In this document: piece by piece, positions 46,659-56,412 of the stretch | Position numbering within the stretch: the stretch's first letter is position 1 | How the letters are laid out: each line of letters opens with the position of its first letter | Assembly (NCBI GenBank): GCA_964519415.1 | Contig: CAZFJM010000003.1 | Coordinates: 5,668-69,667 of the forward strand | Source: Candidatus Woesearchaeota archaeon | Lineage (GTDB): Archaea > Nanobdellota > Nanobdellia > Pacearchaeales > GW2011-AR1 | Length of the DNA: 64,000 nucleotides | Direction: 5' to 3' | The notes under the pieces: generated by a model | Database searches by the model: none | What the model saw: only the letters and a program-made list of their open reading frames with translations | Told to the model about the DNA's origin: nothing | Program-made: the position numbers and the translations under genes

Positions 46659-48530
46659 ATGGAGAAAAAAACCAAAACTAGCTTGAAAAAGAAATTTTAT
46701 GTAACAACGCCTATTTATTATCCTAATGATATTCCGCACATCGGGCATGCATATACTACTGTTGCTGCAGATATTTTATCACGATGGCATAAACTATTAG
46801 GTGAAGATGTATTTTTTTTAACAGGAACAGATGAACATGGTAAAAAGTTGGAAAAAACAGCACTTGCAAAAGGCAAGAAGCCGAAAGAATTTATAGACGC
46901 ATTAATTCCTGAGTTTAAATCTGCATGGAAGAAGTTAAATGTAGAGTACGATTATTTTATAAGAACAACAGACAAAGCGCATGAAAAAGTAATACAAGAA
47001 GTTTTACAAAAATGTTTTGATAATGGAGATATCTATCTTGGAAGCTATAAAGGGTTATATTGTGTGGGTTGTGAAACATATTACACTGAAAAAGATTTAA
47101 TAGAGGGTTGTTGTCCAATCCATAAAAAACCGGTAGAAACTCTAAACGAAGCAAGTTATTTTTTTAAGTTGTCTAAATATCAAGACAAACTTCTTAAATT
47201 TTATAAAGACAATCCAAAGTTTATATTACCGGAAGAGAGAGCAAGTCAAGTAATTAATTCTGTAAAGGAAGGACTTCAAGATTTAAGTATTTCTAGAACA
47301 AGTTTCGACTGGGGAATCCCTTTACCATTTGATAAAAAACATATCTGTTTCGTTTGGTTTGACGCATTGTTTAATTATTACTCTGCGACAAGAGAAAAAG
47401 GAAAAAGTAAATATTGGCCAGCGGATGTTCATCTAGTTGGAAAAGATATTATTTGGTTTCATACTGTTTACTGGCCTGCTTTCTTGATGTCTGTAGGATT
47501 AGATTTACCAAAGAGTGTTTTTGCTCATGGGTGGTGGACATTTGATAAAGAAAAGATCTCTAAATCAGTTGGGAAAGTTATAAATGTAGACGAATTAATC
47601 TCAATTGCCGGCGTAGACTCTGCTAGATATTTTTTATTTAGAAACACAGCATTTGGTCAAGACGGAGATTTTTCAGAAAAAGCTCTAGTAGAAAGACACA
47701 ATAATGAACTAGCTAACAAATTAGGTAATCTGGTCTCAAGAGTTTCAGCATTAGTAGAAAAATATGGGTTAATTAAATGTGAAAACAAACTTTTGAAAAA
47801 ATTAAATCTTAAGAAAATAGAAACTCATTTTGAAAACTATGAAATTGATAAGGCATTGAATGAAATATTCTCTTTTATAGATAAAACAAATGAATATGTT
47901 CAAGAAACAGAGCCTTGGAAAACGGGAGATAAAAAAGCTCTTTACGAATTATCAGATTCAATAAAAGCTATTGCAATTTTACTCTCTCCTTTTATGCCTA
48001 AAACATGTGAGGATATCTCAAAAGTTTTTAATTTCAAGATAGACTACAAAGAAATAAGTAAACCTCTAAAAGTTTCAAAGATTAAGAAAGCAGATATACT
48101 ATTTACAAAAATAGAAGTAGAAGAAAAACCTGTTGAAACAAAACTTAATAAACCAGTTGAACCTAAAAAAATAGAAGGCATAGCAACAATGGCAGACATG
48201 ATTAAATACGATGATTTTGCAAAATTAGATTTAAGAGTTGGAACTATAAAAAACGTTGAAGACTTAGAAGGCGCAGACAAACTTTGGAAATTAACTGTTG
48301 ATTTAGGTTCAGAAATAGGTCAAAGAACAATTTTAGCTGGAATCAAGAAATACTATTCTAAAGAACAATTAACTGAAAAACAAATTATTGTAATAGTAAA
48401 CTTAGAACCTAGAAAAATGAAAGGCTCTGAGTCTCAAGGAATGTTATTAGCAGCAGGAACTGCAGGATCCGATACTTGCATATTAATTTCTCCAGAAAAG
48501 AATGTTGAAAACGGAACTAAGATTGGTTAA
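46659..48530 (+). CDS. metG: methionyl-tRNA synthetase with C-terminal tRNA-binding (EMAP-like) domain
   Basis: TTPIYYPNDIPHIGHAYT (HIGH), TGTDEHG, KISKS (EKISKSVGK), C-terminal OB (DLRVGTIKNVE). Confidence 0.9.
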   Translation: MEKKTKTSLKKKFYVTTPIYYPNDIPHIGHAYTTVAADILSRWHKLLGEDVFFLTGTDEHGKKLEKTALAKGKKPKEFIDALIPEFKSAWKKLNVEYDYFIRTTDKAHEKVIQEVLQKCFDNGDIYLGSYKGLYCVGCETYYTEKDLIEGCCPIHKKPVETLNEASYFFKLSKYQDKLLKFYKDNPKFILPEERASQVINSVKEGLQDLSISRTSFDWGIPLPFDKKHICFVWFDALFNYYSATREKGKSKYWPADVHLVGKDIIWFHTVYWPAFLMSVGLDLPKSVFAHGWWTFDKEKISKSVGKVINVDELISIAGVDSARYFLFRNTAFGQDGDFSEKALVERHNNELANKLGNLVSRVSALVEKYGLIKCENKLLKKLNLKKIETHFENYEIDKALNEIFSFIDKTNEYVQETEPWKTGDKKALYELSDSIKAIAILLSPFMPKTCEDISKVFNFKIDYKEISKPLKVSKIKKADILFTKIEVEEKPVETKLNKPVEPKKIEGIATMADMIKYDDFAKLDLRVGTIKNVEDLEGADKLWKLTVDLGSEIGQRTILAGIKKYYSKEQLTEKQIIVIVNLEPRKMKGSESQGMLLAAGTAGSDTCILISPEKNVENGTKIG

Positions 48531-48933
48531 TATGGTAGATTTAGAACCATTAGATCCTTATTTTAAAGAAGGCCAGGGAAGATGCAACCTTACTCATTTT
48601 GCATGGCGATTCCCTTCGTATATTCTAACTAATAATTGTAGAGTTGATCAAGGTTATTCAAAGTTGTCTCACCAATTATTAAGTAGAATTCAATTTTCAA
48701 CAGAAAGAATTGCTAGAGATGATTTACTTAGGGCATGTTTAGACATTGATGAATATTTAGAAAGTAAACAAATTACCTTAGAAAAAGTAGACGAAGCAAT
48801 AGCAGAATTTAGAAAAACAGACTTTCAAAGTGAGAATCCTGCTGACTACTTACCATTTTCAAAGTTTTGCGAACCAATATATCTTTATTTAATTAATAAG
48901 AAAGAACATAATATTGACAATTTAATAGGATAG
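48502..48933 (+). CDS. hypothetical protein, 143 aa
   Basis: ORF track; 5' end overlaps the metG 3' end. Confidence 0.3.
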   Translation: MLKTELRLVNMVDLEPLDPYFKEGQGRCNLTHFAWRFPSYILTNNCRVDQGYSKLSHQLLSRIQFSTERIARDDLLRACLDIDEYLESKQITLEKVDEAIAEFRKTDFQSENPADYLPFSKFCEPIYLYLINKKEHNIDNLIG

Positions 48934-48990
48934 TCTCTTATATTTTTTCATATCCACAACCTTTAAATATCTCAATCCTTTTAATCAGTT

Positions 48991-51264
48991 ATGGAAAAGA
49001 GGTATATAGCGTGGCTATCGGAGATTTCTAAAACAGACGTTCCAATTGCCGGCGGTAAAGGTGCTAATCTAGGTGAAATGTATAATTCTGGTTTCCCAGT
49101 TCCTCCTGCATTTGTTGTAACAACAAACGCGCATCATTATTTCATGGAAGCTACTGGCTTAAAAGAAAAAATTAATCATCTTCTTTCAAAAATTAATATT
49201 GAAGATACAAAGCAACTAACTGACAAAGCAAAAGAAGTTAGAGATTTAGTTATAGAAACAAAAATGCCTGAAGATTTAAAGCAAGAAATAACAGAAGCAT
49301 ACGATAATTTTAATGTAGACTTAAACGAAATGAAAGCAGCACCTGATGCACTTGCAATTATGAAAACAGCAAGAGAATCTATTTTTGTTGCGGTTCGTTC
49401 ATCTGCAACAGCAGAAGACTTAGCAGAAGCTTCATTTGCAGGACAACAGGACAGTTTTATTAATGTAAAAGGAAATGATGAATTAATTCAAAAAGTTAAA
49501 GCAGTTTTCGCTTCAGCATTTACAGCAAGAGCAATTTACTACCGATTGAAAAAAGGTTATGATGCCTATGTTGGAATTGCTGCAGTAGTTCAAAGAATGA
49601 TCAACTCTGATAAATCAGGAGTTATGTTTTCAAGAGATCCTGTAAAGCAAGAACACATTTTAATCGAAGCTGTTTTTGGCCAGGGTGAAGGTATTGTTTC
49701 CGGTAGAATCAAACCAGATAGTTATGTAGTTTCAAATGATTTTGACATTGTTAGCGAATCAGTTTCAGAAAAGAAAATAGCAATCGTTAGAGACTCTTCT
49801 GGTATAACAAAATCCGTAACATTAAGTCCTGAAAAAGCTAAGCAAAAAGTTTTGAAAACATTTGAAGTTAAACAATTAGCAGAGTTCGCTGTAAAATTAG
49901 AAAAACATTACGGACATCCACAAGATATTGAATTTGCAATGGAAGATGGTGCAATCTTTATCGTACAAACAAGAGCAGTTACAACTTTAGTTGATAAACG
50001 TGGAGATGCAGAGCTATCCGGAAAGATTTTAGTTTCTGGTCTAGGTGCAAGTCCTGGAGTAGGTTCTGGTCCAGTAAGAATTATTAGATTAATGGAAGAT
50101 TTGGATAAGATAAAAGAAGGCGATGTTTTAGTAACTCAAATGACAAACCCTGATATGGTTGTCTCTATGCAAAAAGCTTCTGCAATTGTAACTGATGAGG
50201 GCGGAGTAACTGCTCATGCTGCAATCGTTTCAAGAGAAATGGGTATTCCTGCTGTTGTTGGAACTGATAATGCAACTTCCGTTTTAGAAGACGGTCAAGA
50301 AGTAACTGTTGATGGTACAAATGGTAAAGTATACTTAGGTAAAGCTGAAAATAAGAAAGTAGAAGTTCTTCCTATCGTTGAAACAAAGACAAAGGTAAAG
50401 GTTTTAGTTGACTTGCCAGAATTTGCTGAGAGAGCTGCAAAAACAAACGCTGCTGGTGTAGGTTTAGTTAGAATGGAAGGTATTATTGCAACAAATGGAA
50501 AGCATCCTTTATACTATGAAGATAATGAGAAAATTAATGAGTACCAAGAAGTACTTAGAGCAGGATTTGAAAAAATCGCACATAATTTCATTGGAAAAGA
50601 AATCTGGGTAAGAACTTCAGACATTAGAACAGATGAATATTCTCATTTGGAAGGTGCTCCAAAAGAAATAGAAAAGAACCCTATGCTTGGTTTACACGGA
50701 ATTAGATTCTCATTGAAACATCCCAAGATTTTCAAAGCTGAATTACTAGCAATGAAAGAATTAGCAGACAAAGGACATAAGTTTGGTGTAATGTTCCCTC
50801 AAATTATTTCTTTAGAAGAAGTTAAAGCAGCAAAGAAGATTTTAGAAGAGTTAGGAATGATTGGTCATCCAAATATTAAATGGGGATTGATGATTGAAAC
50901 TCCTGCAGCTGTAATTTTAATTAAAGACTTCTGCCAACAGGGAATTAATTTCATCTCTTTCGGTACAAATGACTTAACACAATACACATTAGCAATCGAC
51001 AGAGGAAATGAATCTGTTCAATATTTATACAATGAATTGGGTTGGGCTGTATTGAAACAACTTTCAAAAGTCATAAGAGAATGTAAGCAATTCAAAGTCG
51101 AAACTTCTATCTGCGGTCAAGCTGCATCCAAAAAAGAGATGGTTGAGTTTTTAGTTGGACAAGGAATTGATTCTTTATCTGTAAATGCAGACGCTGCAAG
51201 AGAAGTTTCTGAATTAGTAAAGAAATTAGAAGACAATCCACCAGCGAAAAAAGTTGAGATGTAA
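48991..51264 (+). CDS. ppsA: phosphoenolpyruvate synthase (pyruvate, water dikinase)
   Basis: GGKGANLGEM, phospho-His segment GGVTAHAAIVSREMGIPAVVG, C-terminal PEP-utilising TIM barrel. 757 aa. Confidence 0.85.
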   Translation: MEKRYIAWLSEISKTDVPIAGGKGANLGEMYNSGFPVPPAFVVTTNAHHYFMEATGLKEKINHLLSKINIEDTKQLTDKAKEVRDLVIETKMPEDLKQEITEAYDNFNVDLNEMKAAPDALAIMKTARESIFVAVRSSATAEDLAEASFAGQQDSFINVKGNDELIQKVKAVFASAFTARAIYYRLKKGYDAYVGIAAVVQRMINSDKSGVMFSRDPVKQEHILIEAVFGQGEGIVSGRIKPDSYVVSNDFDIVSESVSEKKIAIVRDSSGITKSVTLSPEKAKQKVLKTFEVKQLAEFAVKLEKHYGHPQDIEFAMEDGAIFIVQTRAVTTLVDKRGDAELSGKILVSGLGASPGVGSGPVRIIRLMEDLDKIKEGDVLVTQMTNPDMVVSMQKASAIVTDEGGVTAHAAIVSREMGIPAVVGTDNATSVLEDGQEVTVDGTNGKVYLGKAENKKVEVLPIVETKTKVKVLVDLPEFAERAAKTNAAGVGLVRMEGIIATNGKHPLYYEDNEKINEYQEVLRAGFEKIAHNFIGKEIWVRTSDIRTDEYSHLEGAPKEIEKNPMLGLHGIRFSLKHPKIFKAELLAMKELADKGHKFGVMFPQIISLEEVKAAKKILEELGMIGHPNIKWGLMIETPAAVILIKDFCQQGINFISFGTNDLTQYTLAIDRGNESVQYLYNELGWAVLKQLSKVIRECKQFKVETSICGQAASKKEMVEFLVGQGIDSLSVNADAAREVSELVKKLEDNPPAKKVEM

Positions 51265-51282
51265 AAAAATTAATTCTAATTC

Positions 51283-51810
51283 TCAAATCTCAACTGCAAC
51301 TTCATTTCTTCTGAGAAATGGAACTGTCCAAGGGGAATTGTATCTCATCAAAAAGGGGTAAGACTTTGGCTTTATCTTATTTTCTTTTAAGGTGCCTATC
51401 AACTCATTTTGTAAATTTATTACTTTGCTATCTGAAGCAAAACCAGAAAATCTCAGTACAGCAAGATTTCTTGACTTTAGAGTTTCTATCTTAACATTGC
51501 CAGAATTTGGCTTAGGAAGTGTCTTGAGAGTATAACTTGATGGCATTACAAAAGACATCTTCATCTTATTCTTAGAATTACTAGTTATTACTGGTGCAGT
51601 CATAGGAATTTTTTCAGAAGTTATCACGGGAGCAGTCATAGGGATTTTTTTGCTTGAAGTATTGTCTCCAAAGATATAATTTGCAATTCTCATAAAAGCT
51701 TCATTATCATTTAAATCTCCTTCCGTAGATGCTAGAATCATACTGCCATATTTTCTTAACTCAATATTACCTATCTTCTTTACTACCTCATATTTTGGTG
51801 TTTCTACCAT
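51283..51810 (-). CDS. SOUL/heme-binding-protein-family protein with an internal 12-aa tandem duplication
   Basis: N-terminus VETPKYEVVKKIGNIELRKY and KIPMTAPV motif resemble SOUL family (recalled). KIPMTAPVITS occurs twice in tandem. Confidence 0.45.
   Translation of the reverse strand: MVETPKYEVVKKIGNIELRKYGSMILASTEGDLNDNEAFMRIANYIFGDNTSSKKIPMTAPVITSEKIPMTAPVITSNSKNKMKMSFVMPSSYTLKTLPKPNSGNVKIETLKSRNLAVLRFSGFASDSKVINLQNELIGTLKENKIKPKSYPFLMRYNSPWTVPFLRRNEVAVEI
51583..51654. repeat. two diverged 36-bp in-frame tandem repeat units inside the SOUL-like CDS
   Basis: Unit 1 51583-51618 and unit 2 51619-51654 are ~27/36 identical. Confidence 0.7.
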
Positions 51811-51866
51811 CCTTATTCTAGGTATTATCCAAATTTAAATCTATCTTCTCTCACTCGAAACTCTGG

Positions 51867-51891
51867 TTTACTCTAAAATTATTATGTCTCT
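51867..51891. repeat. 25-bp direct repeat, copy A (intergenic); copy B at 52642-52666
   Basis: tttactctaaaattattatgtctct vs tttactctaaaattataatatctct (23/25). Copy B is the last 8 codons plus stop (RDIIILE*) of the 52643..53758 gene, read on the minus strand. Confidence 0.75.
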
Positions 51892-51966
51892 AGAAAAAAA
51901 TAACTAAATTATATTTTGTTTAGTCGCAACGAGATGAAATCGAGTTACACAGAAAAAAGTTGAGAA

Positions 51967-52602
51967 TTAACGTCTTTTGTAATTATCTATATCGTCTGCC
52001 CACAGGCATTTAATAAGACTGCTTCCCTGTTTTTCTTCAGGCAAAATAGGCGGTTCTGGTTTTAGGTGTGAAAAATCTCCAAGTTGTTTAAGTGCTCCAA
52101 GAGTTTCTCTCCTAAATACTTGATAAAGTTCTTTTCGTGTCTTTACTGGAAAATATTCTTCCATTTGGTCCTTCACATAAGAACCTTTCTCGTCTATTTT
52201 AGTTGGATCAACTAGTTCTCGGATAACTAAAACGGCGTTTTCTCCGGGTCTAACTCCAATTGTCCAATCAAACCATCCTCCATAAGGACAAACTCTTTCA
52301 CCACGTTTTTTCACCATAATACTTTGAGGTACCATTCTATGTAAACTGAGACTTGCTTCATAACCTCCATTTGTTTCTTGATTTTGAGAAAGAAACGGTG
52401 AAAATCCCCAGCCTCGCTCATGAATCCGATCATAGGTTTCATCAAGACGTTTTTGATAGTCTAGACCTACCCATTCTCTCAAAGCTTTAACTTGTATAAT
52501 ATGGATTATTTTAGTTATGTCCATTCCATTCTCTTCTAAATAGTCTTCTAATTCTTCTTGGTTCATTTTTAATAGAATTCTAAGGTTATTCTTTACCAAC
52601 AC
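51967..52602 (-). CDS. hypothetical protein, 211 aa, bracketed by the 25-bp direct repeats
   Basis: ORF track. GC slightly above background by eye. No family recognised. Confidence 0.4.
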   Translation of the reverse strand: MLVKNNLRILLKMNQEELEDYLEENGMDITKIIHIIQVKALREWVGLDYQKRLDETYDRIHERGWGFSPFLSQNQETNGGYEASLSLHRMVPQSIMVKKRGERVCPYGGWFDWTIGVRPGENAVLVIRELVDPTKIDEKGSYVKDQMEEYFPVKTRKELYQVFRRETLGALKQLGDFSHLKPEPPILPEEKQGSSLIKCLWADDIDNYKRR

Positions 52603-52641
52603 CTCTAAACACTTCTAATACTTGTGGATTTTAAATCTTTC

Positions 52642-52666
52642 TTTACTCTAAAATTATAATATCTCT
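52642..52666. repeat. 25-bp direct repeat, copy B (3' end of the methyltransferase gene)
   Basis: See copy A at 51867-51891. Confidence 0.75.
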
Positions 52667-53758
52667 TCCAATATACTGTTTCTCTCTAGATTCCTTTATA
52701 GGCATTGGAACTTTTTCATCTAATTCATAAACTCTCAATCCTGTTGCAGTTACAATTCTATGAACACTAACACAATATTTTCTAATAAAAGGCATTGTTA
52801 AAACAATCTTTGCATTTGGTGTTTTCAATTCTTTCATTCTTTTTAAAATTGGAATAATTAGTTTTTCAAATTCAGCTATATATTCCGGAGCATCTCGTTC
52901 TCTCATTTTTTTTCTAACAAGTTCTCCCAGTGCTGGTTCTGTTGCAACGCCATTAATTCTAGCGGAAGGGAATCTAATAGAATCTCCAATATTCAATCTA
53001 GCTCTTCCTTTTACATCATACTTGGATTTTAACCATTCAATGTTTTGTTTAGCGCCAGTAATTGCATATCTGTCTTTATCTCCTCCAATGCAATTTATCC
53101 CCCTCAAAATAGCTTCCTGAACAATTACTCCAATTCCACAGAATGGGTCTGCAAGTAATTCTCCTTCTCTAACTTGAGACAGATTAATCAAAATTTTAGC
53201 AAGTCTAGGTGAAATAGCTAAAGCCTCTCTTCTAACTGGTTTATGCATATCTCTTTCTTTAACGTCTTTGTAAGAATAATTTTGTTCTATTACTCCAAAA
53301 TAAATTGTTTTTTGATTATTATAGTAAAAGAATTCAACATCTGCATGAGTAAATTCAAAGTCATCTCCTTCTTGCATTTTTATTCTACCTCTGCTATGTC
53401 TAACTTGTGCTTTAAGTTTTTCTGCTTTGAATTTTTTCTGAAACATCTCTTCAATTTCCTCAACAGTTTCTTCGTCGCCATTTCCAATAACAGTATAGTT
53501 AAATTTTCTTTCAGGAGCAAAATAATTTTCAATATAGCTTTTCAAATCTTTATTTGTTTTGATAGTATTAGCTTTTGCAATTTTCAAAACCCCTCCAAAT
53601 TCTTGTACATTAAATTTTATAGCATCTGCAACAGAAAGGACTAGGTAATTAGTCTCAAAAGATAAAATTTCATACGCAATTCCGTGGCTTTTCAAGTAAG
53701 ATATGACTTCCGCATACGATAAAGTAGGGTTTCTACCTAACAGAAAAAAGTATTCCAT
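52643..53758 (-). CDS. putative RNA (tRNA guanine-N2) methyltransferase, UPF0020/Trm11-like
   Basis: LADPFCGIGVIVQEAILRGINCIGGDKD is the SAM-binding motif of the Trm11/UPF0020 RNA methylase family. N-terminal THUMP-like region. 371 aa. Confidence 0.45.
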   Translation of the reverse strand: MEYFFLLGRNPTLSYAEVISYLKSHGIAYEILSFETNYLVLSVADAIKFNVQEFGGVLKIAKANTIKTNKDLKSYIENYFAPERKFNYTVIGNGDEETVEEIEEMFQKKFKAEKLKAQVRHSRGRIKMQEGDDFEFTHADVEFFYYNNQKTIYFGVIEQNYSYKDVKERDMHKPVRREALAISPRLAKILINLSQVREGELLADPFCGIGVIVQEAILRGINCIGGDKDRYAITGAKQNIEWLKSKYDVKGRARLNIGDSIRFPSARINGVATEPALGELVRKKMRERDAPEYIAEFEKLIIPILKRMKELKTPNAKIVLTMPFIRKYCVSVHRIVTATGLRVYELDEKVPMPIKESREKQYIGRDIIILE

Positions 53759-53823
53759 ATTTTATCCAATAATTCAATGGTTATAAACATTTTGAATAGT
53801 TTTTTAAATCAACCTTTCATGAA

Positions 53824-53985
53824 ATGTTTATGATAAAGAAAAGATTATGTCCTGATTGCAAGAAAGAATTTGATTTTGACACTTTAGCCCATTTCAAAAA
53901 GAAATACTGCCCTGCTTGTTCTAAGGAAAGAAAAAAGGCATACGAGAGTATTCATGAAATTTCTATTGAAGATTGCGACGATTAA
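53824..53985 (+). CDS. small Zn-ribbon protein, 53 aa (absent from the ORF track)
   Basis: Own translation MFMIKKRLCPDCKKEFDFDTLAHFKKKYCPACSKERKKAYESIHEISIEDCDD. C4 ribbon. Overlaps the 3' end of the MATE gene by 4 nt. Confidence 0.3.
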   Translation: MFMIKKRLCPDCKKEFDFDTLAHFKKKYCPACSKERKKAYESIHEISIEDCDD

Positions 53986-55400
53986 ATAATTTTTTTATCT
54001 TTCCACTTTCCATCTCTTATATATAGCCAGGAAACTACTGCAGTAAGAACATTAGATATTGGATACGCCCACCAAATTCCATTTATTCCCATTGAAGTAT
54101 ATTTAGAAAGAATGAGTGCAAACCCAAACAAGAAAACAAGAGATATAATTGACAAGTCCATAGACTTCTTCATATTTCCTGAACCATTCAGCGTTCCATT
54201 TATTGCCATCTGAAGACCTATAAAACCAAATGTTAATGCCATTGCTTTTACATAATAAACACACTCAGCAATTACTTCTATCTGTCCAGGAACAAATACA
54301 GTTACCATTTCTTTGGCATAAACAAAAAACAACACTCCGAGCAAGGTCAATGCAGTAAAGGAAATCCATATTCCTGCGTTGGATATTTTTTCCGCTCTTT
54401 CTAATTTTCCAGCACCAATATTTTGCCCAACCATTGTGGAGATAGCTGCAGAAAAACCTACTGCCGGAACAATAACCAATGCTAGCACTCTGACGCCAAG
54501 CCCGTAAGCTGCAATTGAAACTGTGCCAAAACCAGCAACTAAAAAAGTTAAAACAAGCATATTTACTGAACGCATAGATTGGCTAATTGCAGGAGGGATG
54601 CCTAAGTGAATTATTTTTTTGAAAATTGACCATATAGGTTTTATTTCTGCTAGATGCATCTTAATTCCTTTCTTTCCATCTAACAAAATAGCAATTCCAA
54701 TAAAACATGAGATTGCTTGTGAAATAACTGTAGTCCATGCTGCTCCTGCAACACCAAATTTAGGAATGATTCCCCAACCTAGAATAAATATTGGATCTAA
54801 AAAGAAATTCAAAATGACTGAACCTAGGACTAAATACAGTGGAATTTTGACCTCTCCAACACCCCTCATTAAAGATTGAAAGGCCAAATAAACATACGTA
54901 AAAACTAAACCTATAAAAGAAATTTGTAAATATTTTACTGCATCGGGAATAATCTCTGCGGAAGCACCCATTATAGAAATCATAAAATTAGAGGTATAAT
55001 ATCCGACTATACTCATAAAAATAGAAAATAAAAAAATTATTGAAATTGTTTGTGTGGAAATAAAATTAACTTTTTCGTGATCTTCTCTACCTTTATGTTG
55101 GGAAATAAGTGTTGACCCTGCAATAGCCAAACCTCCTCCAAAAGAAGTAATCAGAAAAAGAACCGGCCAGCTTAAAGAAATAGAAGCTACAGCATTCGCA
55201 CCCAAACGACCAACCCAGAAAGTATCTGTTAAACTGTAAATCATTTGTAAAAGCATTGCAAAAATTATTGGCAAAGATAAGAAAGTTAATGTTCTTAAAA
55301 TAGGCCTATGTAAGAGATGATTTTGCTCTGCAATTTTTTCTCCGATTTCGCCAGCAATTTTTGGAGGAACATTGCTATCTGTTAGAATCTCTTTTTTCAT
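53982..55400 (-). CDS. MATE-family efflux transporter
   Basis: 12-TM-type profile, 472 aa, N-terminal RPILRTLTFLSLPIIFAMLLQMIYSLTDTFWVGRLG typical of NorM/MATE. Confidence 0.75.
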   Translation of the reverse strand: MKKEILTDSNVPPKIAGEIGEKIAEQNHLLHRPILRTLTFLSLPIIFAMLLQMIYSLTDTFWVGRLGANAVASISLSWPVLFLITSFGGGLAIAGSTLISQHKGREDHEKVNFISTQTISIIFLFSIFMSIVGYYTSNFMISIMGASAEIIPDAVKYLQISFIGLVFTYVYLAFQSLMRGVGEVKIPLYLVLGSVILNFFLDPIFILGWGIIPKFGVAGAAWTTVISQAISCFIGIAILLDGKKGIKMHLAEIKPIWSIFKKIIHLGIPPAISQSMRSVNMLVLTFLVAGFGTVSIAAYGLGVRVLALVIVPAVGFSAAISTMVGQNIGAGKLERAEKISNAGIWISFTALTLLGVLFFVYAKEMVTVFVPGQIEVIAECVYYVKAMALTFGFIGLQMAINGTLNGSGNMKKSMDLSIISLVFLFGFALILSKYTSMGINGIWWAYPISNVLTAVVSWLYIRDGKWKDKKII

Positions 55401-55487
55401 TATAGCATTTGCTTTAGAAGGTTAATAAAGGTTTAGAGAAGAATTAGTTTTAGAAGAAGATATAAACTCATTCTAATATTTGATTGT

Positions 55488-56363
55488 ATGGAAATTCATT
55501 TAGCTTCAATGGAGAATATCACTTGCTGGGCATTTAGAAAACTATGTCTTCCTGCAACAGATTCTTATACAGGCGTATTAAGTTTGACTAATCTAATAAA
55601 GAGATCAAATATATGGGAAGAAATAGATACTTTCAAAATAGAAGGACAAAAACAATGGATTCAAGTTGCAACTTCAAAAGAAACCGAATGTTTTTCATTT
55701 ATTAAAAAATTAGAAGAGGAAATAAAAAACCATCCCGAGAAAGATAATGTTTACGGAATTCAACTAAACGCAAGCTGCCCTTCACCAAATTTAATTAGAA
55801 TTGGACAGGGCCCTGCTTTGATAAAGCGAGTAACTAAAGTTTGTAATCTAGTAAAAGAATTGTTAAAGCAAGATAAGTTTAAAGTAGGAATAAAATTAAG
55901 GTTAGGTTTAAATGAAATGGAAGTAAGGCAAGGCAAAGTCATTACTTTGTTAGGAGAATTAGAGAAGATTGCTAAAGATAACTCTAATTTTACAAATGTA
56001 ACTATTCATTTTAAACATGCTCAAGAATCTTCTTCTGCAAAATACGACTATTCTATGATTAATGAAGTAGCTTCCTTCAACTTACCTCTAGTTCTTAATG
56101 GTGGAATAAACAATTCTGAAGATGCAAAAAAATTAATGGAAATGATTTCTCCTGAAAATAGAAAAAACATCAAAGGAATAATGATTGGTAGGGAAGCTCT
56201 TAGAAATCCTGATTGCTTTTCAGAAATAGATTCTGAAATTAATAACTCTTCAAATAAGAATAGAACTCAAAAAGAAATTTCTTCAGAATTTGAAAATCTT
56301 TGTAAAGAACATAATCCAAAACCAATTTATTTATCTACGATTAAAGAACGAGTTAACGTCTAA
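55488..56363 (+). CDS. tRNA-dihydrouridine synthase-like TIM-barrel protein
   Basis: LASMENITCWAFRKLC (LAPM..vTD..FR.LC-like) and IQLNASCPSPNLIRIGQGPALI (iDiNmGCP...G.GaaLl-like). Confidence 0.5.
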   Translation: MEIHLASMENITCWAFRKLCLPATDSYTGVLSLTNLIKRSNIWEEIDTFKIEGQKQWIQVATSKETECFSFIKKLEEEIKNHPEKDNVYGIQLNASCPSPNLIRIGQGPALIKRVTKVCNLVKELLKQDKFKVGIKLRLGLNEMEVRQGKVITLLGELEKIAKDNSNFTNVTIHFKHAQESSSAKYDYSMINEVASFNLPLVLNGGINNSEDAKKLMEMISPENRKNIKGIMIGREALRNPDCFSEIDSEINNSSNKNRTQKEISSEFENLCKEHNPKPIYLSTIKERVNV

Positions 56364-56412
56364 AAGTTAAATTCCAAATCTTTAAAAACCGACAGAAACA
56401 TTAAGATTCAAC

